From an uncultured Desulfarculus sp. (GTDB lineage: Bacteria > Desulfobacterota > Desulfarculia > Desulfarculales > Desulfarculaceae), in contig CAXXUK010000001.1 in NCBI GenBank assembly GCA_963665125.2, positions 2,240,001 to 2,304,000 of the forward strand: a DNA stretch of 64,000 nucleotides. The letters are read 5' to 3'. The notes under the pieces are model-generated. The model had not been told where the DNA came from. It did not search any database and was given only the letters and a program-made list of their open reading frames with translations. Shown here piece after piece: positions 28,366 to 38,627 of this stretch (positions are counted from its first letter, which is position 1; every line of letters begins with the position of its first letter). Position numbers and translations under genes: made by a program.

Positions 28366-29115
28366 TTGCAAAAACTTATCAGGCAAGCCGCGGAAATTAT
28401 TTTCGCGGCCCAAAAAGTAGCCGCGCTTACCGGAGCGGGGATCAGCGTTGACAGCGGAATCCCGGCCTTCCGAGGTGCGCAGGGCCTGTGGGAAAAATAC
28501 GACCCCATGGATTACGCCAGCATTGAATCGCTGATGTCCGAGCCGGAACGCGTCTGGAAAATGCTTGTGGAACTCGACAAGGTGGTGGTCGGCGCCCAGC
28601 CCAACGACGCCCACTTGGCCATGGCCCGTCTGGAGGACATGGGCAAGCTCCATACCGTGGTCACCCAGAATATCGACGGCCTGCATCAGGCCGCGGGCAG
28701 CCACAAGGTTGTGGAGTTCCACGGCAGCAGCCGCCAGATGCGCTGTTTGTCCTGCCACAAGGCCATCGAGCGCGAAAACGTGACCCTGGAAACCCTGCCC
28801 CCCCGTTGCGATTGCGGCGGGCTGATCAAACCGGATGTGGTGTTCTTCGGCGAGCCAATTCCCCAACGCGAGGCCACCGAGGCCATGATGGCGGCCCAGA
28901 ATTGCCAGGCCATGTTGGTGGTGGGCACCAGTGCCGTGGTGGCCCCGGCCAGCATGCTGCCCGCCCTGGCCAAGCACCACGGCGCCACGATCATTGAAAT
29001 CAATACGGAGGCCACGGGACTCACCGGCTCGTTGGCCGATATCAGCATTTTGGGCAGCGCCAGCAGAATCATGCCCGCAATCGCCGAAGAAGTCGCCAAA
29101 TTGGCATTTAGCTAG
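28366..29115 (+). CDS. cobB: NAD-dependent protein deacylase (sirtuin)
   Basis: TGAGISVDSGIPAFRG, TQNIDGLH, HGS, Zn Cys, KPDVVFFGE and GTS. Confidence 0.93.
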   Translation: MQKLIRQAAEIIFAAQKVAALTGAGISVDSGIPAFRGAQGLWEKYDPMDYASIESLMSEPERVWKMLVELDKVVVGAQPNDAHLAMARLEDMGKLHTVVTQNIDGLHQAAGSHKVVEFHGSSRQMRCLSCHKAIERENVTLETLPPRCDCGGLIKPDVVFFGEPIPQREATEAMMAAQNCQAMLVVGTSAVVAPASMLPALAKHHGATIIEINTEATGLTGSLADISILGSASRIMPAIAEEVAKLAFS

Positions 29116-29140
29116 CGAATCGCAAAACATTGGAGGGACC

Positions 29141-29680
29141 GTGGATCAGGCTGCGATTGAAAAATTAATTCAGGAGCGTGTCGAGCAGGAAGTGGAAAAA
29201 CGTCTGGCCACTCAGGAAGCCAGGGCCATGACGATCATCCTGACCAAGGGCACCATGGACATGGTCTACCCGGCCATGATCCTGGCCACCACGGGCGCCG
29301 CCATGGACCTGGACACCAGCGTGTTTTTCACGTTCTATGGTCTAAACGCCCTGAAAAAAAACAACATCGACAAGCTTCAGGTGGCGCCCATCGCCAATCC
29401 GGCCATGCCCGTACCCATGCCCAACATCATCGGCATGCTGCCGGGCATGACCGCCATGGCCACGGCAATGATGAAAAGCTGGATGAAGCGGGAAAACGTA
29501 GCCCCGCTGAGCGAGCTGTTGGAACTGGCCATCGACGCCGATGTCCGGCTCATCGGCTGCCAAATGACCATGGATGTCATGGGTGTCAAAAGGGAAGAGC
29601 TTATCGACGATATCGAGGTCGGCGGCGCGGCCATGTACATGTCCATCGCCGCCAAGGCCCAGATCAACCTGTTTATCTAA
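29141..29680 (+). CDS. DsrE2/DrsH-like (peroxiredoxin-family) sulfur-transfer protein
   Basis: KGTMD..YP.MILA, FFTFYGL and GCQMTMDVMG. GTG start after GGAGG. Confidence 0.85.
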   Translation: MDQAAIEKLIQERVEQEVEKRLATQEARAMTIILTKGTMDMVYPAMILATTGAAMDLDTSVFFTFYGLNALKKNNIDKLQVAPIANPAMPVPMPNIIGMLPGMTAMATAMMKSWMKRENVAPLSELLELAIDADVRLIGCQMTMDVMGVKREELIDDIEVGGAAMYMSIAAKAQINLFI

Positions 29681-29742
29681 CGGGTTGTCCACGGTTCAAA
29701 TTCGGTCCGTTCCGGTCGACATGGCCGGGACGGATCCCCGTC

Positions 29743-30480
29743 TCACAGGCTTTCAAGGACCTTTTTGCGCATTTGAATGATCTCGTCGACCGCGCTCTTG
29801 TTGCGGCGGCAAACATCAACCACCATTTGCTCGGCCTTTCCCATGACCCTCGACGGTGTCAGAGGATTTGCCGGTTCGGCGGTCAACTCCAACTTTTCCG
29901 CGCTGAACGGCTTGAAGGACAGACGCATTGCCGCGGCCGATGTCTCGGCATGGGAAAAATTCACGCCCATAATCTTGCGGCGTTGCAGTTCCTGGGGGTC
30001 CAGAGAACGCATATAGGACGTCAGGGCGAGCATGTCGTGGTTGGTTTCGAAACGCTTTATGTCCGCGTTGACCTCATCCAGCAGGACAAGCAGATTGCGG
30101 TACTCCTCCCGCAAATTCTGGCAGTGGATCCACAAATCCGTATAAACGGCCTTTACCAGGTTTAAATACTTGCGGCAGCGGGTCATCCCGCCCACCCGTT
30201 TTAGCGGCAGGGGCGGCCGCAGATCGTGGTCTTGATAGTTCTCCGGCACCTTCAGCCCGGTGTAGCTGAAGAATTCTTCTGCTACTTCCGGCTCCAGCAG
30301 AAGCAGGGCCAACTGCCCCCTTTTGCCCACCGCGGCGGCAACCCCTCCGAGGAAGGAGCTGGCGTCCTCCTTGACGATATTGCACTCTTCTTCCAACACC
30401 CGGCGTTCGAGAAAATAGTTTTCCAACACCTCTTGCCGGACAGCTTGCTGAAGCGCAGAGACCAAATCATCGCCACTCAT
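29743..30480 (-). CDS. Hypothetical coiled-coil protein
   Basis: 245-aa ORF filling the gap, divergent from nadK, with helical composition. Confidence 0.7.
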   Translation of the reverse strand: MSGDDLVSALQQAVRQEVLENYFLERRVLEEECNIVKEDASSFLGGVAAAVGKRGQLALLLLEPEVAEEFFSYTGLKVPENYQDHDLRPPLPLKRVGGMTRCRKYLNLVKAVYTDLWIHCQNLREEYRNLLVLLDEVNADIKRFETNHDMLALTSYMRSLDPQELQRRKIMGVNFSHAETSAAAMRLSFKPFSAEKLELTAEPANPLTPSRVMGKAEQMVVDVCRRNKSAVDEIIQMRKKVLESL

Positions 30481-30552
30481 AGTACACCCCGCCCCGCTTG
30501 CCACTTGTGCAAATAAGAACTCTCTGTTAGCTTGCTCTTGGGAGGCATAGCA

Positions 30553-31407
30553 TTGCACAACATTTTAGTCACCTACAAAGCCCATACTCCGGAAGCATTG
30601 AACCAGGCCCGGCGTTTGCAGGGCTGGCTGGAAGGCCAGGGTAAAGCATGCCACTTGGTTGAAGCCGGTGGCGGCGAGCCGTCGGCAAAACCCAATCCGG
30701 GCGTGAATTTGCCCGTGCATTTTGACCTGGTCGTCGTCCTGGGCGGCGACGGAACAATGCTGGGGGTGGTGCGCCAGATGGCCCGGGATAATCTGACGGA
30801 CATACCCGTTTTGGGTGTCAACCTGGGCGGACTGGGTTTCATGACCGCTGTGTCCTCCGAAGAAATGATTCCGGCCATGGAACAGGTCTTGGCCGGCGAC
30901 TTCGAAGCTCCTCCGCGAATGATGCTGCGGGCCGAAGTCAAACGCCATAATCAAATTATAGTCGAATACACCGCCCTAAACGACCTGGTGATCAATAAAG
31001 ACGCCCTGGCCCGCATAATCGAGCTTCACCTTCAAGCCGGGCCCAGGCACGTAACGACCCTCAAGGCCGACGGACTCATTGTATCGACGCCCACCGGCTC
31101 CACGGCATACAACCTTTCGGCGGGAGGGCCCATCTGCCACCCCTCCCTGGACTGCATCCTCGTCACCCCCATATGTTCGTTCGCCCTGAGCAACCGGCCG
31201 CTGTTATTGGGGCCGCTCACCGAACTCCGGGTGACCATGGGCGAAAGGACCCATCAAACGACCTTGACCTGTGACGGCCAGGTGGGGTTGGAGCTGCAAA
31301 TCGGCGACGAAATCCACATCCTGCGCTCTTCGCAGACCATCCGCATCATTCAATCGCCTTTCAAGGACTATTTCGAGATCCTGCGCACAAAACTTCGCTG
31401 GGGCTAA
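30553..31407 (+). CDS. nadK: NAD kinase
   Basis: LGGDGT, GVNLGGLGF, ALND and DGLIVSTPTGSTAYNLSAGGP. Confidence 0.95.
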   Translation: MHNILVTYKAHTPEALNQARRLQGWLEGQGKACHLVEAGGGEPSAKPNPGVNLPVHFDLVVVLGGDGTMLGVVRQMARDNLTDIPVLGVNLGGLGFMTAVSSEEMIPAMEQVLAGDFEAPPRMMLRAEVKRHNQIIVEYTALNDLVINKDALARIIELHLQAGPRHVTTLKADGLIVSTPTGSTAYNLSAGGPICHPSLDCILVTPICSFALSNRPLLLGPLTELRVTMGERTHQTTLTCDGQVGLELQIGDEIHILRSSQTIRIIQSPFKDYFEILRTKLRWG

Positions 31408-32456
31408 ACCTGGGAGGCCGCGTTGCCGCCGGCCAGGGGAACCCTGACCGTAAAGGTGCTGCCTTGGCCGGGCCGGCTGCTGAATTCTATAACACCGCCA
31501 TGGGCCTGGACTATTTTCTGCACGATGGCCAGGCCCAAGCCCGTACCCTTGCGCTTGGTGGTGAAAAACGGGTCGAATACGTGTTTGGCGTCGTCTTCGT
31601 TGATGCCGCAGCCCTGATCACTCACTATGATCAGTCCATCATGGTTGTCCCGTGCGGTGGAAACCCGCACCACGCTGCCCTGAGGCGAGGCCTGCACGGC
31701 GTTTTGCACCAGATTCAACAGCACCTGGGTCAGCAATCTGCGGTCCACCGGCACTTCCACCGGTGTTTCCGCCAGATCGGGCACCAGGCGCACATCGCTT
31801 TCCTCGGCCAACAGGCTGGCCAGGTCCAGCACTTCCCGAACGATCTCGCGCAGGGCGTGACGCTGGGGTTCAAGCTTCACCGGCCGGGAATATTCCAGCA
31901 CTTCCCGCAAAAGGTGCTCCATGTGGGCGACCTGATCCACGATGATGCGCAGTTTTTCACGATGGGGATTTTCCGGCTCAAGGTCGCGATAGATGCGCAT
32001 GGCAAAACCGCCGATGGCGATTAGCGGCGTCTTCATCTCGTGGGCCACGGCCGCGGCCGCCTGGCCCAGAGAGGCCAGCTCCCGCATCTTTTCCATGCGC
32101 GCGGCCTCCCGCCGTTCCCGGTCGATGAGAAAGCCGGTGATGCCGCCAACCAGAAAATAGACGCCCACGGTCAGGGCAAGATAGAGCTTGGCCTCGGTGG
32201 TCAGGGTGCTGGGCCCGACCAGGTCTTCCCCGAAGTTAAGGGCGATGAATATGGCGCAGGCTATGCCGCCCTTGAAACCGAACAGCACCGAAGCCATGAA
32301 CAACGGCAGATAATAGGCGTGGCGCACCAGCGGCACCAGGTCCGGGTGGGTTACGCGCATGTTGGCATGCACTACGGCTATACAGGCCAGCAGAGCCACC
32401 AGGGGCACAACCTTGGCCCAGACAGGCACCACTTTCCAACGGTCATAAAAGCCCAT
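31404..32456 (-). CDS. Membrane sensor histidine kinase (orphan in this window)
   Basis: TM region, AHEMKTPL (H box), NLVQNA (N), DQGCG (G1), FDPFFTTK (F) and GTGLGL (G2). Confidence 0.9.
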   Translation of the reverse strand: MGFYDRWKVVPVWAKVVPLVALLACIAVVHANMRVTHPDLVPLVRHAYYLPLFMASVLFGFKGGIACAIFIALNFGEDLVGPSTLTTEAKLYLALTVGVYFLVGGITGFLIDRERREAARMEKMRELASLGQAAAAVAHEMKTPLIAIGGFAMRIYRDLEPENPHREKLRIIVDQVAHMEHLLREVLEYSRPVKLEPQRHALREIVREVLDLASLLAEESDVRLVPDLAETPVEVPVDRRLLTQVLLNLVQNAVQASPQGSVVRVSTARDNHDGLIIVSDQGCGINEDDAKHVFDPFFTTKRKGTGLGLAIVQKIVQAHGGVIEFSSRPGQGSTFTVRVPLAGGNAASQV

Positions 32457-32696
32457 GGAAAAATCCAGATGATCAAGCAACGATATTAAGTTGTCTACAT
32501 ACCTTGGCAAACAAACCACTTCCACCAAGCGTGGATTCATTTAGAATACTACATATGGCGCTCCCACACCAAAACCTCATTCGCCGGGTTTTTACTTGGC
32601 TCGAGGCGCCATGGCATGTTACCAAGAGAATTGATGCTGATAATGCGCCTGCGTTGCAGCGCCCAGGAACCGATACTGGTCTAAAGGAGCCGTGCC

Positions 32697-33128
32697 GTGC
32701 CAAAAATGAATCGCCTTATCTATCTGGCATTATTGTGTTTGTGCCTGCCCCTGCTTATGGCCATGGGTATGGGCGGCGGTGAAGGCCCCACCCGTATTCC
32801 CGAGCCGGACAAGTCTTACAAGGTGGTGATTGTCGACATCAGCGGCCAGAGGGTGGAACTTAGCGATTTTTCCCTGGACGGCCAGGTCTTCGTGTTCGGC
32901 AACCTGGGCGACGGCCAGGCCGCGGTGCCCTTTGAAAAGGTGACCAGGGTCGATCTGGTCAACGGCGACAAAGGCCTGATCGCTACCGTCAGCCTCAGCG
33001 ACGGACGCAACGTGCAGCTCAAGGTGCGACCGGGCCTTCAGGCCTACGGCAAGGCCAGTTTCGGCCTGTACCGCATCAAAATGAGCGAAGTAAGCTCCAT
33101 AGAGATCGAGCCCGTGCTGCCCAAATAG
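32697..33128 (+). CDS. Exported hypothetical protein
   Basis: AAGGAG RBS, signal-like N-terminus, beta-rich body. Confidence 0.7.
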   Translation: MPKMNRLIYLALLCLCLPLLMAMGMGGGEGPTRIPEPDKSYKVVIVDISGQRVELSDFSLDGQVFVFGNLGDGQAAVPFEKVTRVDLVNGDKGLIATVSLSDGRNVQLKVRPGLQAYGKASFGLYRIKMSEVSSIEIEPVLPK

Positions 33129-33151
33129 GCTCTATCTTTCAAAACAAGACC

Positions 33152-33178
33152 GGGGACGCCGTGGCGCGTCCCCTTTTT
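33152..33178 (+). terminator. Intrinsic terminator
   Basis: GGGGACGC-N6-GCGTCCCC-TTTTT. Confidence 0.65.
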
Positions 33179-33872
33179 AATGAATTGTAGGCGGTGGTTC
33201 GTCGGGCCATTGCCCCGGCGGCTTGGGCGTTCTGGCCCTCGGCAGAAAAAAACGCACCATCAACAGGCCCATAACAAAGCCGCCGATGTGGGCCATCCAG
33301 GCCACGCCGTCCCCTGAGCCCAGGATCTGCATGAAAAACCAGATACCCAGGGCCAGGATAGCCGGGACCCTGATGGTCTGCACGAAAAAGAAAAACCAAA
33401 TCAATATTAGGATATTGCGCCGGGGATAGAGCACCAGGTAGGCCCCCAGCACCGCAGCGATAGAACCGCTGGCCCCGATCATCGGTATTTCGGCGCCCAG
33501 GTCGGTGACAACGTGGAGCAGACCGGCCAAGACGCCGCCGACCAGGTAAAAAACCAGGTATCGCATATGGCCCAAGGCGTCCTCGATGCTACTGCCGAAG
33601 ATCCACAAATAGACCATGTTGCCCAGCAGATGCCAAAATCCGCCGTGAAGGAATTGGTAGGTGATCAGGCTGAACCACGGCGAAAACGGCAAATCCACCG
33701 GATGGGGGCCGAAAAGCCAGGCCGGCACCACGCCCATGGTATAGCTGATATACATCTCCTGTTGGCGGGACAGGGTGAGCATCAACAGCCACACCGAGAC
33801 ATTGGAAATCATCAGGCCGATGGTTACCAAGGGCGGTCGCAGTTGCGGCCCGTCGTCGCGCAGAGGGATCAA
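33177..33872 (-). CDS. Rhomboid-family intramembrane serine protease
   Basis: FLHGGFWHLLGNM, GASG (Ser) and VAWMAHIGGF (His). Confidence 0.92.
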   Translation of the reverse strand: MIPLRDDGPQLRPPLVTIGLMISNVSVWLLMLTLSRQQEMYISYTMGVVPAWLFGPHPVDLPFSPWFSLITYQFLHGGFWHLLGNMVYLWIFGSSIEDALGHMRYLVFYLVGGVLAGLLHVVTDLGAEIPMIGASGSIAAVLGAYLVLYPRRNILILIWFFFFVQTIRVPAILALGIWFFMQILGSGDGVAWMAHIGGFVMGLLMVRFFLPRARTPKPPGQWPDEPPPTIH

Positions 33873-34034
33873 GAGGGCTCCTTTTGCCGGGTTTGTCTAT
33901 TCAACAATGAACCATGGCGGGCCACCGCGCAACCGCTAAACAGGCCCGAACCGGGCCGCCCCCCTTGTCAAGGGCCGCCCTGAGGTATAATCCTTGGTCA
34001 ACCAAACAAACCAGCTACGGGTAATTGTCCGCAT

Positions 34035-35372
34035 ATGAATCAACCACTGGCTCACATAACGACGTTCGGCTGCCAAATGAATGAATACGACTCGGCGCGC
34101 ATGGCCTGCCTCCTGGAGGAGATGGGCTACGGCCCCGCCGCTACTCAACTGGACGCCGATGTGATTCTTCTTAATACATGCAGCGTCCGGGAACTGGCCG
34201 AGCACAAGGTCTACTCGGCCCTGGGCGCCCTGCGCAAACTCAAGTTGCGCAAGCCTAAAACCATCATCGGCGTATGCGGCTGCGTGGCCCAGCAAGAGGG
34301 CAAGCGCATGCTCAGGCGGGTGCCCCACCTTAATTTCGTCTTGGGAACCGCCGCCCTGGACCGCCTGCCCGAAATGATCATGGACGCGCGCCAGGGCCTA
34401 CGCCGGGCCGAAACCGCCTTCAAACAGCCGCTTTTGCAGGATCGGCGGATCATCGTGCCGGAAAAACCCGGCCTCCAGGCCCACATCACGGTGATGACCG
34501 GTTGCGACAACTTTTGCAGCTATTGCGTGGTACCATATGTTAGAGGCCGGGAAAAATCGAGGTCAGCGGCGGAAATCGTGGCCGAGGCGGAGATATTGGC
34601 CGGCCGGGGAACCAGGGAGATCATGCTCCTGGGCCAGAACGTGGATTCCTACCGCGATCCCGACCAGGGCTTTGGTTTCGCCCGGCTCCTGGAAAAAGTC
34701 GCCGCCGTGGACAGCGTCTGGCGGGTGCGCTTCATGACCAGCCACCCCAAGGACATGAGCCCGGAGCTGGTCGAGGCCGTGGCCGGCGTGCCCGAGGTGA
34801 TGGAGCAGGTCCACCTGCCGGTGCAGTCGGGCAACGACGAGATTCTTTCGGCCATGAACCGCGGCTACACCCGGGCCGCCTACCTGGCCAAGGTCGAGGC
34901 CCTGCGCAAGGCCGTGCCCGAGGTGTCCCTGGGCAGCGACCTCATCGTGGGATTTCCCGGCGAAAGAGAGGAGGCGTTCCGGGAGACGCTGGGTATTGTG
35001 CGCGAGGTGGGCTATGACATGCTATTCTGCTTCATGTACTCCGACCGCCCGCTGACCAAGGCACGGAATATGGACGGCAAGATCGACGACGAGACCAAGG
35101 CCCGGCGGTTGCAGGAGCTTCTGGACCTCTACCGGGAGATAGCCGCCAGCCGCAACAAGGCCCTGGTGGGCAGCACCCAGGAGGTGCTGGTGGAGGGCCC
35201 GGCCAAAAAAGGCGCGGGCATGGTCAGCGGCAGGGCCAGGGGCGGCCAGGCGGTGAATTTCCCCGGCGGCCCGGAACTGGCCGGATCGCTGGTCCGGGTG
35301 AAGATAAACAAGGGCCGCACGAACTCGCTGGTGGGCCGGCAGGTTTCAGCGGCGGAAGGGGATGAATCATGA
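34035..35372 (+). CDS. miaB: tRNA-2-methylthio-N6-dimethylallyladenosine synthase
   Basis: TFGCQMNEYDS, NTCSVRE.AE, CDNFCSYCVVP, IVGFPGE and a TRAM domain. Confidence 0.95.
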   Translation: MNQPLAHITTFGCQMNEYDSARMACLLEEMGYGPAATQLDADVILLNTCSVRELAEHKVYSALGALRKLKLRKPKTIIGVCGCVAQQEGKRMLRRVPHLNFVLGTAALDRLPEMIMDARQGLRRAETAFKQPLLQDRRIIVPEKPGLQAHITVMTGCDNFCSYCVVPYVRGREKSRSAAEIVAEAEILAGRGTREIMLLGQNVDSYRDPDQGFGFARLLEKVAAVDSVWRVRFMTSHPKDMSPELVEAVAGVPEVMEQVHLPVQSGNDEILSAMNRGYTRAAYLAKVEALRKAVPEVSLGSDLIVGFPGEREEAFRETLGIVREVGYDMLFCFMYSDRPLTKARNMDGKIDDETKARRLQELLDLYREIAASRNKALVGSTQEVLVEGPAKKGAGMVSGRARGGQAVNFPGGPELAGSLVRVKINKGRTNSLVGRQVSAAEGDES

Positions 35373-35854
35373 TCAGGATGGTCGTACAAGGCTTGACCCT
35401 TGACCCGGGCAGCAACTCGCCGATACTGATCCTGAAAAATCCGGACGGCGACGAAACCCTTCCCATCTGGATCGGCCTGATGGAGGCCACGGCCATTGCC
35501 AGCGAACTGGAAGCCGTGCAGTTTTCGCGGCCCATGACCCACGACCTGCTGAAGAACGCCATCGACGCCATGGGTTGCAGCGTCACCAAAATCGAGGTTA
35601 CCGAACTCAAGGACAATACCTTCTACGCCCGGATTCATCTGATGGGCGCGGGCGGCGAGTTGTCCATCGACTCCCGGCCCAGCGACGCCATCGCCCTGGG
35701 CCTGCGTGCTGCGGCCCCCATATTCGTGGCCAAGCAGGTGCTCCAGGAAGCCGAGCCCAAGACCGAAGCGGAAATGTCGAAAAACAGCGACGACAAGTGG
35801 CGCGATATTCTCGATAAAATGCAGCCCGAAGATTTCGGCAAATACAAAATGTAG
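35369..35854 (+). CDS. Bifunctional nuclease (DUF151) family protein
   Basis: LPIWIG..EA.AI, RPMTHDL and DSRPSDAIAL. Confidence 0.9.
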   Translation: MIRMVVQGLTLDPGSNSPILILKNPDGDETLPIWIGLMEATAIASELEAVQFSRPMTHDLLKNAIDAMGCSVTKIEVTELKDNTFYARIHLMGAGGELSIDSRPSDAIALGLRAAAPIFVAKQVLQEAEPKTEAEMSKNSDDKWRDILDKMQPEDFGKYKM

Positions 35855-35870
35855 ACAAAGGCCAACCAAA

Positions 35871-36530
35871 TTGATCGACCTGCACAACCATACCCTGTTC
35901 AGTGACGGCGAGTTGATTCCCGCCGAATTGATCCAGCGCCATGAGGCCATGGGCAACAAGGCCGTGGCCCTGACCGACCACGCCGACCCCAGCAACATCG
36001 ACGTGATCCTGCCCAAGGCCTTGGAGGTGGTGGCCAGCCTCAACCGCTATCACACGGTCAAGGCCCTGGCCGGTGTGGAGCTGACCCACGTGCCCCCGGC
36101 CCTGATCGAACCCATGGCGCGCCAAGCCAGGGATATGGGCGCCCATATCGTGGTGGTTCACGGCGAGACCATTGTCGAGCCCGTTCCCAGGGGCACCAAC
36201 CTGGCGGCCATCGAGGCGGGCGTGGACATTTTGGCCCACCCCGGCCTTATCACAGCCGACGAGGTGGAACTCGCCGCCCGCAAAGGCGTGGCCCTGGAGA
36301 TAACGGCCCGCAAGGGCCACAGCCTGACCAACGGACACGTGGCCAGGTTGGCCCTGGAATTTGGCGCCACCATGGTCATCAACACCGACGCCCACGCGCC
36401 AGGCGACCTGATCAACCGCGAAATGGCCTTTAAGGTCGGCCTGGGCGCGGGTCTGAACGCCCAGCAGGTGGAAGCGGCCTTCGAGGCCTCGGCGGCCATC
36501 GCCGCCCGGGCCGGACTGCCCCTGGCCTAG
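35871..36530 (+). CDS. PHP-domain phosphatase (histidinol-phosphate phosphatase-like)
   Basis: IDLHNHTLFSDG, TDH, VHGET.VEPV, LAHPG and NTDAH. TTG start. Confidence 0.87.
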   Translation: MIDLHNHTLFSDGELIPAELIQRHEAMGNKAVALTDHADPSNIDVILPKALEVVASLNRYHTVKALAGVELTHVPPALIEPMARQARDMGAHIVVVHGETIVEPVPRGTNLAAIEAGVDILAHPGLITADEVELAARKGVALEITARKGHSLTNGHVARLALEFGATMVINTDAHAPGDLINREMAFKVGLGAGLNAQQVEAAFEASAAIAARAGLPLA

Positions 36531-36535
36531 TCAAG

Positions 36536-37591
36536 TTGCACCAGGTCACGGCCCTTATCCACGTCCACACCACGGCCAGCGACGGCACGTCGGACCATCT
36601 TGAGATAGTCCGGCAGGCTGCCAGGGCCGGTGTGGACGTCGTGGTTCTGACCGACCATGACATCATCTCGCCCGGCGCGGGCTGGCACAACATCGGCGGC
36701 CGCAAGGTGCTGGTGATGGCCGGAACCGAAGTCACGCCCCGGCACAACCACCTGCTGGTCCTAGACCTAGAGCGCCCCCTGCCCAAGCTGCGGGGCAACG
36801 GCATCGACGGCGATCCGGGCCGCAGCCTGGCCATGGCCGCCGAACGGGGCGGCTGGGCGGCCCTGGCGCATCCCCTTGATCCGGGCATGAATTTCACCTC
36901 GGGCGGCAAGAGCTTCGCCCTGCTGGACTATTCCGAGATAGACTGCGGCGGCGTGGAGCTATGGAACACCCTGGCCGCCTTCAAGGAAGACCTGACCGGC
37001 CCGGCGCACACCCTGGCCCGGATATTTATGCCCCGCACGTTCCTGGCGCCGCCCCACGCAATGCTCCTGAACCTCTGGGACACCATCGGCCGCCGCCGCC
37101 GCTGGACGGGCTTTGCCGGCGGCGACGCCCATGCCTTTAAATCGGGCATGGGCTGGCTTCCGCTGCGGGTGTACTCTTACCGGCGGCATATGAGCCTGCA
37201 CACCACGGGCCTCTGGCTGCACAGGCCCCTGAGCGCCGACTCGGCCCAAGCCCAAGGGCAGGTCATCGAGGCACTGGAACAGGGGCGTTGCTTTTGCGCC
37301 TCGGGCCGGGCAAAAGGCCTGGATTGCCGCATCGAGCACCCCGACGGCCGCAAGCGCGCCGTTGGTTCGGAACTGACCTTTGAGCCGGGTTGGACGCTCA
37401 AACTGCGTCTGCCCGCCCTGGGCAGGGTGCGGTTGATGCGTAACGGCGCCAAGGTCTGCCAGCGCACGTGCCGCGATCTCCGGTGGCCCCTGGATAGGCC
37501 CGGCGTGTGGCGAGTGGAGGCCGACCGCTTCCGGCCTCCCCTAGGCTGGCGGCCTTGGATCTATTGCAATCCGTTTTATCTGCGCGGCTGA
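36536..37591 (+). CDS. PHP-fold metallohydrolase (CehA/McbA-like)
   Basis: HVHTTASDG, TDH, AHP, GGDAH and C-terminal WIYCNP. Confidence 0.8.
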   Translation: MHQVTALIHVHTTASDGTSDHLEIVRQAARAGVDVVVLTDHDIISPGAGWHNIGGRKVLVMAGTEVTPRHNHLLVLDLERPLPKLRGNGIDGDPGRSLAMAAERGGWAALAHPLDPGMNFTSGGKSFALLDYSEIDCGGVELWNTLAAFKEDLTGPAHTLARIFMPRTFLAPPHAMLLNLWDTIGRRRRWTGFAGGDAHAFKSGMGWLPLRVYSYRRHMSLHTTGLWLHRPLSADSAQAQGQVIEALEQGRCFCASGRAKGLDCRIEHPDGRKRAVGSELTFEPGWTLKLRLPALGRVRLMRNGAKVCQRTCRDLRWPLDRPGVWRVEADRFRPPLGWRPWIYCNPFYLRG

Positions 37592-37596
37592 TATTA

Positions 37597-38442
37597 ATGG
37601 ACGAGTTGCTCAAAAAAATTCTAACCGCATCGGAACAGGGTCCGGCCCGGCTGCTGGCGGTGTGCGCCGAGTCCCTGGCGGCCCTGCGACCCATGGACCG
37701 ACAAGGCGCGGCCCGCATCTGCCGGGGGCTCATAGCCGCCCATGGCGACGGCCTGGCCCTGGCCCAAGCCATTGAGCAGACGGCCGAAAGCAAGGCCTGC
37801 ATAGGCTGCGGCACCTGCTGCCTGACCTCCAGCCCCACCCTTTATCTTGCCGACCTGCACCTTTTCGAGCCGGACGGGCCGGGCATGGAGAGCTTCTACA
37901 CCCTGCGGGCCGGCGAAAAAGTCCATTCGGCCAGGCTAGGCCGGAGCCAAAGCCTTGACCGGGATTTGGTCAAAATCCGCGAAAACCGCCACAAGGGCTG
38001 CATCTTCCTGCGCCAGGGCAAATGCGCCGTATATGAAAACCGGCCCCTGCAATGCCGCAACTTGGAATGCTGGTCCGGCCGCGACGCCAAGGCCCTGGCC
38101 GACAAACCGCGCCTGAGCCGGGCCGAGATATTCTCGGATGATGAAACCGCACTGGCCCTGGCCACGGAGTATGACATCAAGCTGCCCGCAGCCGAGTTGA
38201 CCCAGGCCCTGGACCAGGCGGCGGATGGTGATCAATCCGCGGCGGCCTCGGCCCTGCACATGATCGAAACCGACCACCGCCTGAGGGGCGGCATAACCCT
38301 GCGCTACGGATACGGCCCCGAGCTGCTGGAGCTGCTTCTGGGGCGTCCCGCCATGATAGTCTGCCTGGCCCACGGCCTGGAGGTCGCCTTGGACGAACGT
38401 GGCGTGCCGCATTTGCAAGCCCTGCAACAAAATCCCGTCTGA
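37597..38442 (+). CDS. YkgJ-family cysteine cluster protein
   Basis: CIGCGTCC, GCIFL..GKCAVYENRPLQCR and LECW. Confidence 0.8.
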   Translation: MDELLKKILTASEQGPARLLAVCAESLAALRPMDRQGAARICRGLIAAHGDGLALAQAIEQTAESKACIGCGTCCLTSSPTLYLADLHLFEPDGPGMESFYTLRAGEKVHSARLGRSQSLDRDLVKIRENRHKGCIFLRQGKCAVYENRPLQCRNLECWSGRDAKALADKPRLSRAEIFSDDETALALATEYDIKLPAAELTQALDQAADGDQSAAASALHMIETDHRLRGGITLRYGYGPELLELLLGRPAMIVCLAHGLEVALDERGVPHLQALQQNPV

Positions 38443-38573
38443 GTCCCTTTCAAACCGGCAAAGCCTGCCCATTCGGCCGGTCAAGGGGAGCGCGGCGTTT
38501 TCCCAAAGCCTAAATTATCAATTTTTTCAATCTGATAAACGGGCACATCCTCGAACCATTCCCCGGTTTTTGA

Positions 38574-38589
38574 TGGCACGGCCTTTGCT
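38574..38589 (+). promoter_or_regulatory. sigma54 (-24/-12) promoter of flgL
   Basis: TGGCAC-GGCCT-TTGCT matches the TGGCAC-N5-TTGCW consensus, about 40 bp upstream of the ATG. Confidence 0.8.
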
Positions 38590-38627
38590 TGTCATTGTTG
38601 TGGACATTTTTATTGGAGCCTTTAGAT

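Noticed and set aside
33965..33991. miaB sigma70 promoter TTGTCA...TATAAT
   Set aside because: The spacer is only 15 bp; the -10 may be real, but the pairing is not supportable.
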